Shown: piece by piece, positions 18,482 to 27,721 of the stretch
How the letters are laid out: each line of letters opens with the position of its first letter
Numbering within the stretch: the stretch's first letter is position 1
Assembly: GCA_033763455.1 (NCBI GenBank)
Contig: JANRKO010000011.1
Span: 77,081-141,080, forward strand
Direction: 5' to 3'
Source: Polyangiaceae bacterium
Lineage (GTDB): Bacteria > Myxococcota_A > Polyangia > Polyangiales > Polyangiaceae
DNA: 64,000 bases
Translations under genes and position numbers: made by a program
The notes under the pieces: generated by a model
Databases searched by the model: none
The model's input: the letters and a program-made list of their open reading frames with translations, nothing else
What the model was told of the DNA's origin: nothing

Positions 18482-18898
18482 CTATATCTTCAGCAGATTC
18501 TCAAACGGCTTTCTATTTTTCCAACGGTAGGCGCCAAAATCGCGTGTGTCGGTGGAGAATATGCGGCCAGAATTGAGCGATTCGGCGCAGATCACCAAAG
18601 ATGCATCCGCAAGATCCATGGGCAGGCTCCTGTACTTCTTCATGAGCTCAACGATGCGATCGAGGTGTACGGCGCCGAGCTCAAACACATTGAAGGCTCC
18701 GCGCGCGGCGTTCGACATGAAGAGCGAGGCTGCATCCACGCTCAACCGCGCCACAAGCAAATGGCACGTTTCCGTGAGCACGGGCCACGTTGTTATTAGC
18801 GGCTCCCTGGCGCTGGATAGCGCCGCTTTGGCAGCCTTGTGGTGCTGATCTTTTCGATTCGCGAGCGCTAGCCAAAAACCCGTGTCCGCCAAAATCAT
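18482..18898 (-). CDS. vapC: PIN-domain (VapC) toxin
   Basis: ILADTGFWLAL, TTWPVLTE, MDLADASLV, STD.RDF. Confidence 0.9.
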   Translation of the reverse strand: MILADTGFWLALANRKDQHHKAAKAALSSAREPLITTWPVLTETCHLLVARLSVDAASLFMSNAARGAFNVFELGAVHLDRIVELMKKYRSLPMDLADASLVICAESLNSGRIFSTDTRDFGAYRWKNRKPFENLLKI

Positions 18899-19203
18899 TT
18901 TGCACGCCTCTGGGCCCGCGCAGGACTCTTCCTTTTGGAGACTTTCTTAGACGAGGAATGTTTGTTTGCGAGGGAATCCAAGAGAGCTTCTTTGTAGTTG
19001 CTGGACAAATCAGACGGCCCATCCGCACAACCAACGAATTCGCGGAGCCCCACGCCGGGCTCTTCAGATTGGGTGAACCGCGTATAGAAGGCTTCGATGG
19101 ACGCGATGATTACCCCGGTGGTTGAGGAGCCTGTGCGTTCCCGCAAGTATTTTACTTTCCGCGCCAACTCCTGATCCATTCGCGCATTCAGGCGGCTTGT
19201 CAT
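18895..19203 (-). CDS. RHH-type antitoxin (VapB-like)
   Basis: MTSRLNARMDQEL...; GPSDLSSNYK; 4-nt overlap with PIN gene. Confidence 0.8.
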   Translation of the reverse strand: MTSRLNARMDQELARKVKYLRERTGSSTTGVIIASIEAFYTRFTQSEEPGVGLREFVGCADGPSDLSSNYKEALLDSLANKHSSSKKVSKRKSPARAQRRAK

Positions 19204-19218
19204 ACATTTTGTATGACA
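19198..19218. promoter_or_regulatory. TA autoregulatory operator
   Basis: Perfect TGTCATACA-TTT-TGTATGACA spanning the antitoxin start codon. Confidence 0.75.
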
Positions 19219-19580
19219 TACGGCAAATGAATCGTCAACGGACGCGCGCTTGTGCGAGCTGCCAGCGTGGCGCGCCTGCGGCACCGAAGTCGAGCCCCTC
19301 CCCCTCGACAAGGCCCAGCGCGATGCCTCCGGCGCAGCAGGTGATACTTGTCATGCGAAGCACCTCCGATTGGAAGTGAGGAGGCCCACGCCACAGTCCG
19401 GAGTGGGCCCAAGCTTCTCCCACCACTGCACTCGCACCCCATTGCAGCAGAAGGGCCGTGCCTCCGCCGCCGAGTCGCCGTGATATGCGGCAAAAAAACC
19501 TGATTCGAGTGCTGTGCTTGCTTGGTCCGCGCTCTACGAACTTCCCGCCTGCACCACTTTCGGCACCCGTCCGCCGGCAC

Positions 19581-19826
19581 TCAATGCACGTAGGCTCCCC
19601 GAACCACACCGAGAAGCAGATACACAAGCAGGCTGGCCATCCAGAGTACGCTGCGGATTCGAAGCCGAGCGCCCCAACCCCAATACGGAGCCAGTGGCAA
19701 AACCAAGAACGCCAAGAGGGCGTTCAGCCGCTGGCCCCTCGTGAATAGGCCCCACGCGAGAGTGACGTGCGCCGTCACCCAGGTGGCAAACGCGCCCGCA
19801 ACGACCCCGAGTTCCAGCCACTCCAC
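19581..19826 (-). CDS. Small membrane protein
   Basis: Three hydrophobic segments, PLAPYWGW. Confidence 0.65.
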   Translation of the reverse strand: MEWLELGVVAGAFATWVTAHVTLAWGLFTRGQRLNALLAFLVLPLAPYWGWGARLRIRSVLWMASLLVYLLLGVVRGAYVH

Positions 19827-19986
19827 GGTGGTCTCGAAGTACCCCCGTTCGACGCGGCTCGCAACTTCCCCGCGGCCGATCTCCCGCTACAGTAGGGGCC
19901 GGCCTCGGTGTTGCTCCAGGTTGCGCCCACGTTGGGCCCCCGCGGGTGGCGCTTCCCTCCAGATCGGGTGCTATGCTGGGCCGGCT

Positions 19987-21855
19987 GTGCGTTTTTCCAA
20001 CATCCTCGCTCTTGCCGCGCTCGCAGGCCTCACTATTCCGTTACCCCTCGGGCTAGGTGCCGCGCATGCCGATGGCGTCGCCGATCGCCGGGACGTGCTG
20101 AGCGTGAAAGATATTCGCCCTGGCATGAAGGGCTACGGCCTTACGGTGTTTTCGGGAATGAAGCCGGAGCGTTTCGATGTGGAGGTGATCGGCATTTTGG
20201 ACAACTTCCAGCCGCGCCAAGATCTGATCTTGATAAAGACGAAACACCCACGCCTAGAGGTAGCCAAAGTGGTGGCCGGAATGAGTGGGAGCCCTATCTT
20301 CATCAACGGCAAGATGATTGGCGCGTACGCCTACGGTTGGAGCTTTGGATCAGAACCTGTGGCTGGGGTTACCCCCATCCGCAACATGTTGGATGATTTG
20401 GCTATACCGCTCCCTAAATCTATCTTTGGGTGGCCGCTTAAGGCTTTGCCTGGTGCCCAGAAGGACCCAAAGCAAGCTCAGGTGGACCCGGGGCAACGCT
20501 TTTTGGGCGATCTGATGCGTTATAGCGTGCAAGAACACTCCGACCAGATCCGCAGAGATTTACCAGGAAATGGAGCACACGCCGCCCTCACGCCGGTGGC
20601 TACGCCGCTCTTGTTGGGGGGGATGTCACCGGCGGGTGTGAGCCTGATGTCGAAGCTTTTTGCACCCATCGGGTTGGAGCCACTGCAAGCAGGGGGCGGT
20701 GGCGCACCTGATCCACAAGCTCCCACGCGTTTTGAGGATGGCGGGGCGATTGGCGTTAATTTGATCAGCGGGGATATGAGCGCCATGGGCCTCGGCACCG
20801 TAACGCGTGTAGAGGGGGATAAGCTGGTGGCCTTTGGTCACCCGATGATGCAAAGCGGGGTCACCTCCATTCCCACCTCTTTGGCCAAGGTGTTGTGGTT
20901 CCTTGCGAGTGATCAACGCTCGTTCAAGCTGGGTGCCGCGGTTCGCCCCCTCGGCGCTTTGGTGAATGATCGCTTAGCATCCATTGTTGTGGATCAGTCC
21001 GCCAGAGCACCCACAATTGCGGTGGATCTTCAGATACAAGGCGTAGCGGGCCCGAGCTACACTAATTGGAAATTTCAGGTTGCTCATGAGAAATTCATGG
21101 CACCTTCGCTCATTGCAACGGCGCTCGGAAGCGCGTTTCAGGCAACCGCAGCTGAACGGCGAGACGTGAGTTGGTCTGCCAAGGGCCGCGTGCGTGTGAA
21201 GGGGTACGGGAATATCGAGCTAGAGGATTTTGGGGTGGCTATGGGCGGCACACCTGACGCCATGGAGCTCATGGGCTCCAACGCAGTGCGCACGGTGGGG
21301 GCGCTCTTGAACAATCCGTGGGAGCCGGCTCTTGTAGAAGCTATCAGCATGCAAATGGAGATCCGCTATGCGCGCGAAGTGCTCCGCTTACGAGGTGTCG
21401 AGAATCTCACGCCGGAGGTGCCCGCTGGCGGCACCGCTCGGCTTCGCCTTACCCTACTGCCGTACGCGGGGCCCGAAGTGGTGCGCACCATTTCGGTGCC
21501 TATCCCAGCCTATTTTGCGGGCCAAGCGGTCACTCTAACCGTTGCGCCGGGGCACCAGGTAGAGCGGGATTTGGCGGCGCCAGAAAACGTTCGCGAGTTA
21601 GTCGCTAATCTACGAGTGCCTATCTACCCGCCCAAGTCCGTTATCGTATCTTACGAGAACCAAGGGTCGGGCGTGAGCTACCGCAGCCACGTTGCGGACA
21701 ATTTACCGCCCGGCGCCGTGGATCGCCTCCAGCCCACCTCCACCTCGCTCGGGCCCGCTCGGCATCAGCCCTACGTCCGTCAGGTTGTCCCCATGCAGGA
21801 TTACATGATCGGCCAAGACAGCGTCAGCGTCGACGTCAAACCCGTGCTCAAGTAA
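19987..21855 (+). CDS. SpoIVB peptidase S55 domain protein
   Basis: GMKGYGLTVFSG, VAGMSGSPIFINGKMIGA, GTVT..EGDKLVAFGHP; GTG start plus signal peptide. Confidence 0.88.
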   Translation: MRFSNILALAALAGLTIPLPLGLGAAHADGVADRRDVLSVKDIRPGMKGYGLTVFSGMKPERFDVEVIGILDNFQPRQDLILIKTKHPRLEVAKVVAGMSGSPIFINGKMIGAYAYGWSFGSEPVAGVTPIRNMLDDLAIPLPKSIFGWPLKALPGAQKDPKQAQVDPGQRFLGDLMRYSVQEHSDQIRRDLPGNGAHAALTPVATPLLLGGMSPAGVSLMSKLFAPIGLEPLQAGGGGAPDPQAPTRFEDGGAIGVNLISGDMSAMGLGTVTRVEGDKLVAFGHPMMQSGVTSIPTSLAKVLWFLASDQRSFKLGAAVRPLGALVNDRLASIVVDQSARAPTIAVDLQIQGVAGPSYTNWKFQVAHEKFMAPSLIATALGSAFQATAAERRDVSWSAKGRVRVKGYGNIELEDFGVAMGGTPDAMELMGSNAVRTVGALLNNPWEPALVEAISMQMEIRYAREVLRLRGVENLTPEVPAGGTARLRLTLLPYAGPEVVRTISVPIPAYFAGQAVTLTVAPGHQVERDLAAPENVRELVANLRVPIYPPKSVIVSYENQGSGVSYRSHVADNLPPGAVDRLQPTSTSLGPARHQPYVRQVVPMQDYMIGQDSVSVDVKPVLK

Positions 21856-21894
21856 CCCCGTCGGCCCGAATTCTCAGCGTTCCCGTTTCTTGAA

Positions 21895-23943
21895 GTGAAC
21901 CCCATGAACATCCCCCGCACATCCGTTCTAGCCCTTGGTGCTTCCCTCTTTGTTGGCCTGGCCGCCCCATCCGCCTTAGCGGTGGGCACTCGCCACTTCA
22001 CGCTTCAAACCGGAGAAGATTTTGAGGGTGGAGATTTGAAAGGCGTGGCGGTTGATTCCGGCGGGTCCGTGCGGGCTGGGTTTAACCTGGGCTCCATACC
22101 GCTCAGCAAAGCCACAAACGTGTGGGAAGCGCTCCGGCTGACAGATGGCTCATTGCTGCTGGCAACGGGTAACGAGGGCAGCTTGCTTCAGGTGCGCGGC
22201 CAGGTAGCGAGCGTCGCCGGGGAAACAAAGGCACTCGCGGCGACTTCCCTGGCGCTCCTAAAATCGGGTGCTGTTGCCGTAGGAACGCTCCCAGACGGCA
22301 AAATCCTCAAATTTGAAAACGGTAAAGTCAGCGATTGGGTGACTTTGAAAGACACCGCCAACGTGTGGGATCTCGCGGTGGATCCGAAAACCAACTCCCT
22401 TTTTGCGGCCACCGGCCCCGAAGGTAAGCTCTACCGCATTGATACGGCTGGCAAAGCGAGCGTCTATTTTGACGCCGAAGAACAGAACCTCGTGAGCGTC
22501 GCCGTGGGTCGTGATGGCACTGTTTACACGGGGGCAGGCGAAAAGGGAAAGCTGTACGCGGTGAATGGTCCAGGTCGTGCGCGTGTCCTTCAAGACTTCG
22601 GGAACACCGAGGTGCGTGCAATCGTTACCAGCGCGAGCGGGGATGTTTTCGCCATTGCCAATGACCTAAAAGTGCCGCGAGCGATGCCTCGCCGGCCCGG
22701 TGCGGGGGAAGAGAGTGCTGCCCCAGCCCCGACCGCTCCATCACCCTCGGGCAAAGGTGTGCTCTACCGCTTCGACAGCAACGGCTCGCCGGAGCAACTG
22801 CTATCTAACGACAAGGACTACTTCTCAAGCTTAGCCCTCGACGCAAAAGGGGTCCCTTACGTGGGCACGGGCACCGAAGGCCGGATCTACACAGTAGACG
22901 CGGAGCACAATTCGGTGCTTGTGGCCGACGCCGATCAGCGCCAAATTGGGGCCTTGGTGTTAGACGGAACAGAACGCTGGGCCATAGCCTCCGATCCGGC
23001 GGTGCTATTGCCTATCCGCGGAGTCGGTGGTGCCGACGCAATCTGGACGAGCAAAGTGCTAGACGCAGGCCTTAGAGCGAGCTTTGGGCGGCTATACTGG
23101 GAGTCGAGCGGTGCGCTCGAATTTTCGACGCGTACGGGTGGCACCGAAAAGCCAGACAGCACCTGGAGTGATTGGAGTGCCCCCCTCGCCCAGCCTGCCA
23201 ACGTGAAAAGCCCAGAAGCCCGCTTCCTTCAGGTGCGCGCACGGTTCGCGAAAGATCCCGCCGCGGTTCTAAAATCCGTAGATGTAGCGTTCGTCACCGA
23301 GAACCTGCGCGCGTACGTGACGCAAATCAACATCAAGAATCGCAACCTTGGCAGCAGCAAGCCTCTGGAGGCCTCGGGCGGCCCCGTCTCCGGGAATCCT
23401 AGCTCGAATATTGAGCTTAGCTGGAAGATGGCCAACCCCGACGAGGACACGCTGCGCTATCGGCTGCTGTATCAGCTCATCGGAACGCCGAATTGGTTTG
23501 ATGTATTGGCGCCGCAAGAAACGCTGACAAAAGATAGTTACACGTGGAACACGCAGGATCTGCCCGAGGGCCGCTACCGCATACGGGTGATCGCCACCGA
23601 TGAGCTCTCCAACCCCCCAAGCAGGGTGAAGCAGCACTCACTCGACAGCAACATCGTGCTCGTGGATAACACTCCGCCGGTGGTCGAACAGTTGACGGTA
23701 GCTGGGCGACACATCAAGGGCACGGCGACCGATGGCGTCGGGCCCATCGCTCGCATCGAAGTAGCCGTGAGTGGCAGCAATCGCTGGTTACCGTTTTTCC
23801 CCACCGACGGGGTTTTTGATCAAAACCGGGAAGCGTTCGATCTCGACGTCTCCGGCCTTTTCTCTAATGTCCCGGTGATGCTCACCCTGCGTGTGTACGA
23901 CGCCGCCAACAACGCCGCCCTGCGCTATATCACGCTGAAGTAG
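21895..23943 (+). CDS. Secreted beta-propeller/Fn3-like protein, partner of S55 peptidase
   Basis: Repeated ATG.EGKLY blades; C-terminal beta-sandwich (LPEGRYRIRV, VDNTPP). Confidence 0.8.
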   Translation: MNPMNIPRTSVLALGASLFVGLAAPSALAVGTRHFTLQTGEDFEGGDLKGVAVDSGGSVRAGFNLGSIPLSKATNVWEALRLTDGSLLLATGNEGSLLQVRGQVASVAGETKALAATSLALLKSGAVAVGTLPDGKILKFENGKVSDWVTLKDTANVWDLAVDPKTNSLFAATGPEGKLYRIDTAGKASVYFDAEEQNLVSVAVGRDGTVYTGAGEKGKLYAVNGPGRARVLQDFGNTEVRAIVTSASGDVFAIANDLKVPRAMPRRPGAGEESAAPAPTAPSPSGKGVLYRFDSNGSPEQLLSNDKDYFSSLALDAKGVPYVGTGTEGRIYTVDAEHNSVLVADADQRQIGALVLDGTERWAIASDPAVLLPIRGVGGADAIWTSKVLDAGLRASFGRLYWESSGALEFSTRTGGTEKPDSTWSDWSAPLAQPANVKSPEARFLQVRARFAKDPAAVLKSVDVAFVTENLRAYVTQINIKNRNLGSSKPLEASGGPVSGNPSSNIELSWKMANPDEDTLRYRLLYQLIGTPNWFDVLAPQETLTKDSYTWNTQDLPEGRYRIRVIATDELSNPPSRVKQHSLDSNIVLVDNTPPVVEQLTVAGRHIKGTATDGVGPIARIEVAVSGSNRWLPFFPTDGVFDQNREAFDLDVSGLFSNVPVMLTLRVYDAANNAALRYITLK

Positions 23944-24101
23944 GCGGCTTGGGGCTCTCCGGAGCCTCTGGTGGCCGTAGGGCGTGCTTCGGGTGAGCTG
24001 GTCTCCCTTGGTGCCCGCGGCCGTCCGGTGCTAGCTTTGCCGAGCTTCCTTTGAACCGGGTAGCCGGCCCCTAATCGAGGCTGTGCGACCCGACTCTGAC
24101 C

Positions 24102-25289
24102 ATGCAGCCCACGCGAATTCTAACCATCTCCTTCTTGCTGGTAGCCGCCTGGGCATCCAGTTGCGCCTCAGAAACCGGCTCGAACCTCCGCGGCGCAGGC
24201 ACCGCGAGCCCCATGGGAACCACCACGCGCGACCCAAACATGGACACGCTTTCGCTAGGTGGCAATGCCGGCGGCGCACCACAAAAGTTGAGTGCTCTGT
24301 GCGGCAACCCGCATGAGTGCAATCCGGACTCCATTACCGATTGCCGCGATTTTGTGCCTCCCAACCCCAATGGGGGTGCACTCGGCGCTGGTGGCGGCAT
24401 AGCCACTGCGGGTGGCGCTGGTGGCACTCATGCCACTACAGGTTTCGGCGGCATGAGTGGTGGTCGCGCGGGAAGCGGCAGTTCCTCGGGCAGTGCTGGC
24501 GTACTTTCCAATGCGGGCGCTGCGGGCGCTTCAGGAGCCGCGGGTGCTTCAGGGGGCGAACCTTCCATGTCTGGCGGTGCTAGTGCGGGTGGCTCGGCCA
24601 ATTCCAGCAGCGGCCTGGGTGGCTCAGCTTCGCTCCCGCCACCGACTTTCGAGGGAACGCCTAGCGCAGCCACCTACGCCTGCCGCGTACAACGAGGAAA
24701 AGAGAGTACGGCCGTGGCCGAATGTGCGCTCGCAGGAGCAGGCAAGCTCGACGACCCCTGCAACAGTTCGACCGATTGCAGCCCAGGGCTCGGGTGCGTT
24801 GGGGACTCAGCGTTAGCTAAATGCCGTCCATTTTGCTGTGAAAACGGCGATAATTGCGCCGCCGGCAGCTACTGCGCAAATGAACCGCTTCGCGAAGCAG
24901 GAGTGGATCCGAGCGCTCCCCTATTGGTGCCGGTATGCGTGGCAGCGGACAACTGCGACCTCGGCGAGCCCTTCCCCTGCCCGCCCGGGCGAACTTGCAC
25001 GTGTTCTTCGACGACAGCGTGCAGCGTGGTGCGTTCCGACGGAACCACTTCTTGCGTAACGCCCGGTCCCGGCATGGCGGGGCAAACATGCCCGTGCAGC
25101 GCGGGTCACATCTGTTCACAAGGAAGCGGCCTTTGCCTCAAGCTCTGCCGCACCATCGACGCCAACGCTACCTGCAGCGGCGGTCGCTGCCAGATCGCAG
25201 CCGGGCTCCCAGTGGGCTACGGCGTCTGCGTTGGCGTACCCACAACCAACGGAGGCGCTGGAGGCGAGCCGGGAGCCGCGAACCGATGA
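24102..25289 (+). CDS. Cys-rich lipoprotein with Gly/Ser linker
   Basis: Lipobox-like ASSC; Gly-rich linker; many Cys. Confidence 0.75.
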   Translation: MQPTRILTISFLLVAAWASSCASETGSNLRGAGTASPMGTTTRDPNMDTLSLGGNAGGAPQKLSALCGNPHECNPDSITDCRDFVPPNPNGGALGAGGGIATAGGAGGTHATTGFGGMSGGRAGSGSSSGSAGVLSNAGAAGASGAAGASGGEPSMSGGASAGGSANSSSGLGGSASLPPPTFEGTPSAATYACRVQRGKESTAVAECALAGAGKLDDPCNSSTDCSPGLGCVGDSALAKCRPFCCENGDNCAAGSYCANEPLREAGVDPSAPLLVPVCVAADNCDLGEPFPCPPGRTCTCSSTTACSVVRSDGTTSCVTPGPGMAGQTCPCSAGHICSQGSGLCLKLCRTIDANATCSGGRCQIAAGLPVGYGVCVGVPTTNGGAGGEPGAANR

Positions 25290-25705
25290 TGGTGTTTCAA
25301 AGCACGCTCGAAATACGCACACCTGGGCAAGGCTTCACTGACGTTACCCAAGCAGTAAAAGACTGCGTAATGAAGAGTGGCACTCGCTCCGGCTTGTGCT
25401 CAATCTTCGTGCAGCACACCTCTGCGAGCTTGGTGATCCAGGAAAACGCAGATCCGGCCGTGCTACGTGATCTCGCTCGCTTCATGAGCGATTTGGTCGA
25501 CGAGGCCCGCCGCTTCGAGCACGACGATGAGGGGCCGGACGATATGCCGGCGCACGTGCGTTCTGCACTCACCAAGACTTCCGAAAATATCCCGATCTCC
25601 TCGGGGCAACTTTGCCTTGGAACGTGGCAGGCGCTCTACCTCTGGGAACATCGCCGTCGGCCGCACACGCGCCGGCTCATTGTGCACATTAGCGGAGTAG
25701 CTTGA
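25286..25705 (+). CDS. yjbQ: YjbQ/UPF0047 family protein
   Basis: HTSASLVIQENADP, EGPDDMPAH, LGTWQALYLWEHR. Confidence 0.92.
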   Translation: MMVFQSTLEIRTPGQGFTDVTQAVKDCVMKSGTRSGLCSIFVQHTSASLVIQENADPAVLRDLARFMSDLVDEARRFEHDDEGPDDMPAHVRSALTKTSENIPISSGQLCLGTWQALYLWEHRRRPHTRRLIVHISGVA

Positions 25706-26284
25706 ATGTTCAATTTGCGTAGTGCGACGCCCGAGGCCTGGCTCAAGGTTGTGTTCGGGGACTTTAACAGCTTCCTTCTGGACCACGCTGCCTGCGAGCG
25801 CAAAGCCTCGGCAACCGGTATGTCGTTTGTGGTGAAGTACCCAGATCGCACCGAACTCCTTGAGCCGATGATCGAATTTGCAAAGGAGGAGCTTGAGCAC
25901 TTTCATATCGTCTTCAAGCTGCTTACCCAGCGAGGCTTGCGCCTTTTACCCGATTACAAAGATGCCTATGTAAATGGCCTCCTGAGCCAGCTGCGCCCAG
26001 GTACCGAAGCGCTCTTCCTAGATCGCTTGCTTGTGGCTGGCGTCGTGGAAGCCCGAGGTTGCGAGAGGCTGAAGCTCATTGCAGATAACCTGGAGGGAGA
26101 GCTCGCTCCGCTCCGGCCCATTTATGAAGATCTCGCACGCGCAGAATCTCGTCATCACGCGCTTTTCTTCAGGCTGGCCCGCCGCTTCTTTGACCCCAAA
26201 GTGGTGCAAGAACGAGCCGATTTCTTACTCGATTTTGAGGCAGACTGGATCGGCCGCTTGCCGCACACGCCGCATGTGCATTGA
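25706..26284 (+). CDS. miaE: tRNA-(ms2io6A) hydroxylase
   Basis: LDHAACERKAS, EELEHF, DRLLVAGVVEARGCER, ESRH. Confidence 0.92.
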   Translation: MFNLRSATPEAWLKVVFGDFNSFLLDHAACERKASATGMSFVVKYPDRTELLEPMIEFAKEELEHFHIVFKLLTQRGLRLLPDYKDAYVNGLLSQLRPGTEALFLDRLLVAGVVEARGCERLKLIADNLEGELAPLRPIYEDLARAESRHHALFFRLARRFFDPKVVQERADFLLDFEADWIGRLPHTPHVH

Positions 26285-26302
26285 GAGTGATGTTTCGAAT
26301 GG

Positions 26303-27709
26303 GTGAAGGGATCCATGAGCGAAACCACCTCACGCACTTACCTCGAACGCTACGCTGAAAGAGAGGCTCGTCTCTCCTTTAGGCTGGACACGTGCTTCGA
26401 CCACGTAGTGGTCGTCCCTGCCTACGACGAAGACAGTTCACTCTTGGACGGCTTGGAGACTGCTTGTGGCGAGCACGCGGGAAAGGCGTTGATTGTCTTA
26501 GTTGTGAATTGCGCGGAGGATGCGGAAGGTGACGCCGCCCTTCGAACGGCTGAGCTCGTCGCCAACCTTCGTGCTCAGGCCTCGAGCGAGGAGCAAAAAA
26601 GCAAAGTCCCTCCGATCTACCTGCTACGGATTCGCTCGCTTTGGGTCCTCCTCGTGGATCGCGCTAGCCCCGCTTTTCAGTTACCCCCGAAAGAAGGGGT
26701 TGGTTTGGCCAGGCGTATTGGGTGTGATATTGCGCTTCGCCTAGGCGCGGAAGGCTTCATTCGTTCACCGTGGATAGCCTCAACAGACGCGGATGCTCTG
26801 CTGCCCACCGACTACTTTGACACCCTCACAGCTCAACTTCCCACAGCCTCAGCTATCTTATTCCCTTTTGCTCATACGCCACCCGCGACGGACGCGACGG
26901 AGTCTTCGGGCAAAAGCCCCGAGGCCATTTTCCAGGCCACCCTCTTGCTTGAATGCTCACTCCGCTATTTAGTGCTCGGCCTGCACTCAGCGGGCTCGCC
27001 TTACGCGTTCCACACGATCGGCAGCACACTTTCCATTTCGCGTCGAACATACGCTGAAGTCCGTGGGTTTCCGCGACTTCTGGCTGGAGAGGACTTCCAC
27101 ATTCTGAACAAGCTCGCCAAGGTGGGCCCCATCCGGCGCGTGGCTAGCACTCCTATCCGTATTCGCAGCCGCATCTCCGAACGCACACCGTTTGGCACGG
27201 GAAAAAGCGTCTTCTCACTTCTCAATTCGGACGCTGAGGTACCGGCAGCCTCGCGACAACCCAGGGCTTTCTACCATCCCACCGTGTTTGCCGCTCTTCG
27301 CCTTTGGCACGGCTTGCTTGCCGATCTGGCGCTGCGCCCAGAAGCCAACGCGTGGGAGCAGGCAGAGCCGCATGGAGTGCCTGCACATCTCGTGGGCGCT
27401 TTATCCGCACTCTGGAACGACAAGTCACTCCGCTCGCAGCTAGAAAACGCACTCCGACAGCGCAAGACACCGGAGCAGCGTCTCAGCCACGTATTTACTC
27501 AGTTCGACGCACTCTCGGGCGTACAACTAATTCGTCGCTTGAACGAGGCATGCCCGCCTTTGGAGTGGCAGGAGGCACTCCGCCTTGCACCTTTTATCGA
27601 ACCAGGTTTGGGCTCACGCTCCCTGGCCGACTGGGCCGAACAGCTCAGATCGCAGGAAGCCCAACTCCCGAGAGAGATCGGGCCTACGTGCTTCCGCCAG
27701 ATGAGTTAA
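26303..27709 (+). CDS. GT-A fold glycosyltransferase-like protein
   Basis: VVVPAYDE, GVGLARRIGCD, STDADA, AGEDFH, RTPFGTG. Confidence 0.78.
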   Translation: MKGSMSETTSRTYLERYAEREARLSFRLDTCFDHVVVVPAYDEDSSLLDGLETACGEHAGKALIVLVVNCAEDAEGDAALRTAELVANLRAQASSEEQKSKVPPIYLLRIRSLWVLLVDRASPAFQLPPKEGVGLARRIGCDIALRLGAEGFIRSPWIASTDADALLPTDYFDTLTAQLPTASAILFPFAHTPPATDATESSGKSPEAIFQATLLLECSLRYLVLGLHSAGSPYAFHTIGSTLSISRRTYAEVRGFPRLLAGEDFHILNKLAKVGPIRRVASTPIRIRSRISERTPFGTGKSVFSLLNSDAEVPAASRQPRAFYHPTVFAALRLWHGLLADLALRPEANAWEQAEPHGVPAHLVGALSALWNDKSLRSQLENALRQRKTPEQRLSHVFTQFDALSGVQLIRRLNEACPPLEWQEALRLAPFIEPGLGSRSLADWAEQLRSQEAQLPREIGPTCFRQMS

Positions 27710-27721
27710 GCTGCCACGCGC

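Noticed and set aside
19268..19310. Second C-rich-loop hairpin (GTCGAG-CCCCTCCCC-CTCGAC) as an sRNA
   Set aside because: Short stem, poor -12 element, predicted start inside the hairpin, no U-tract
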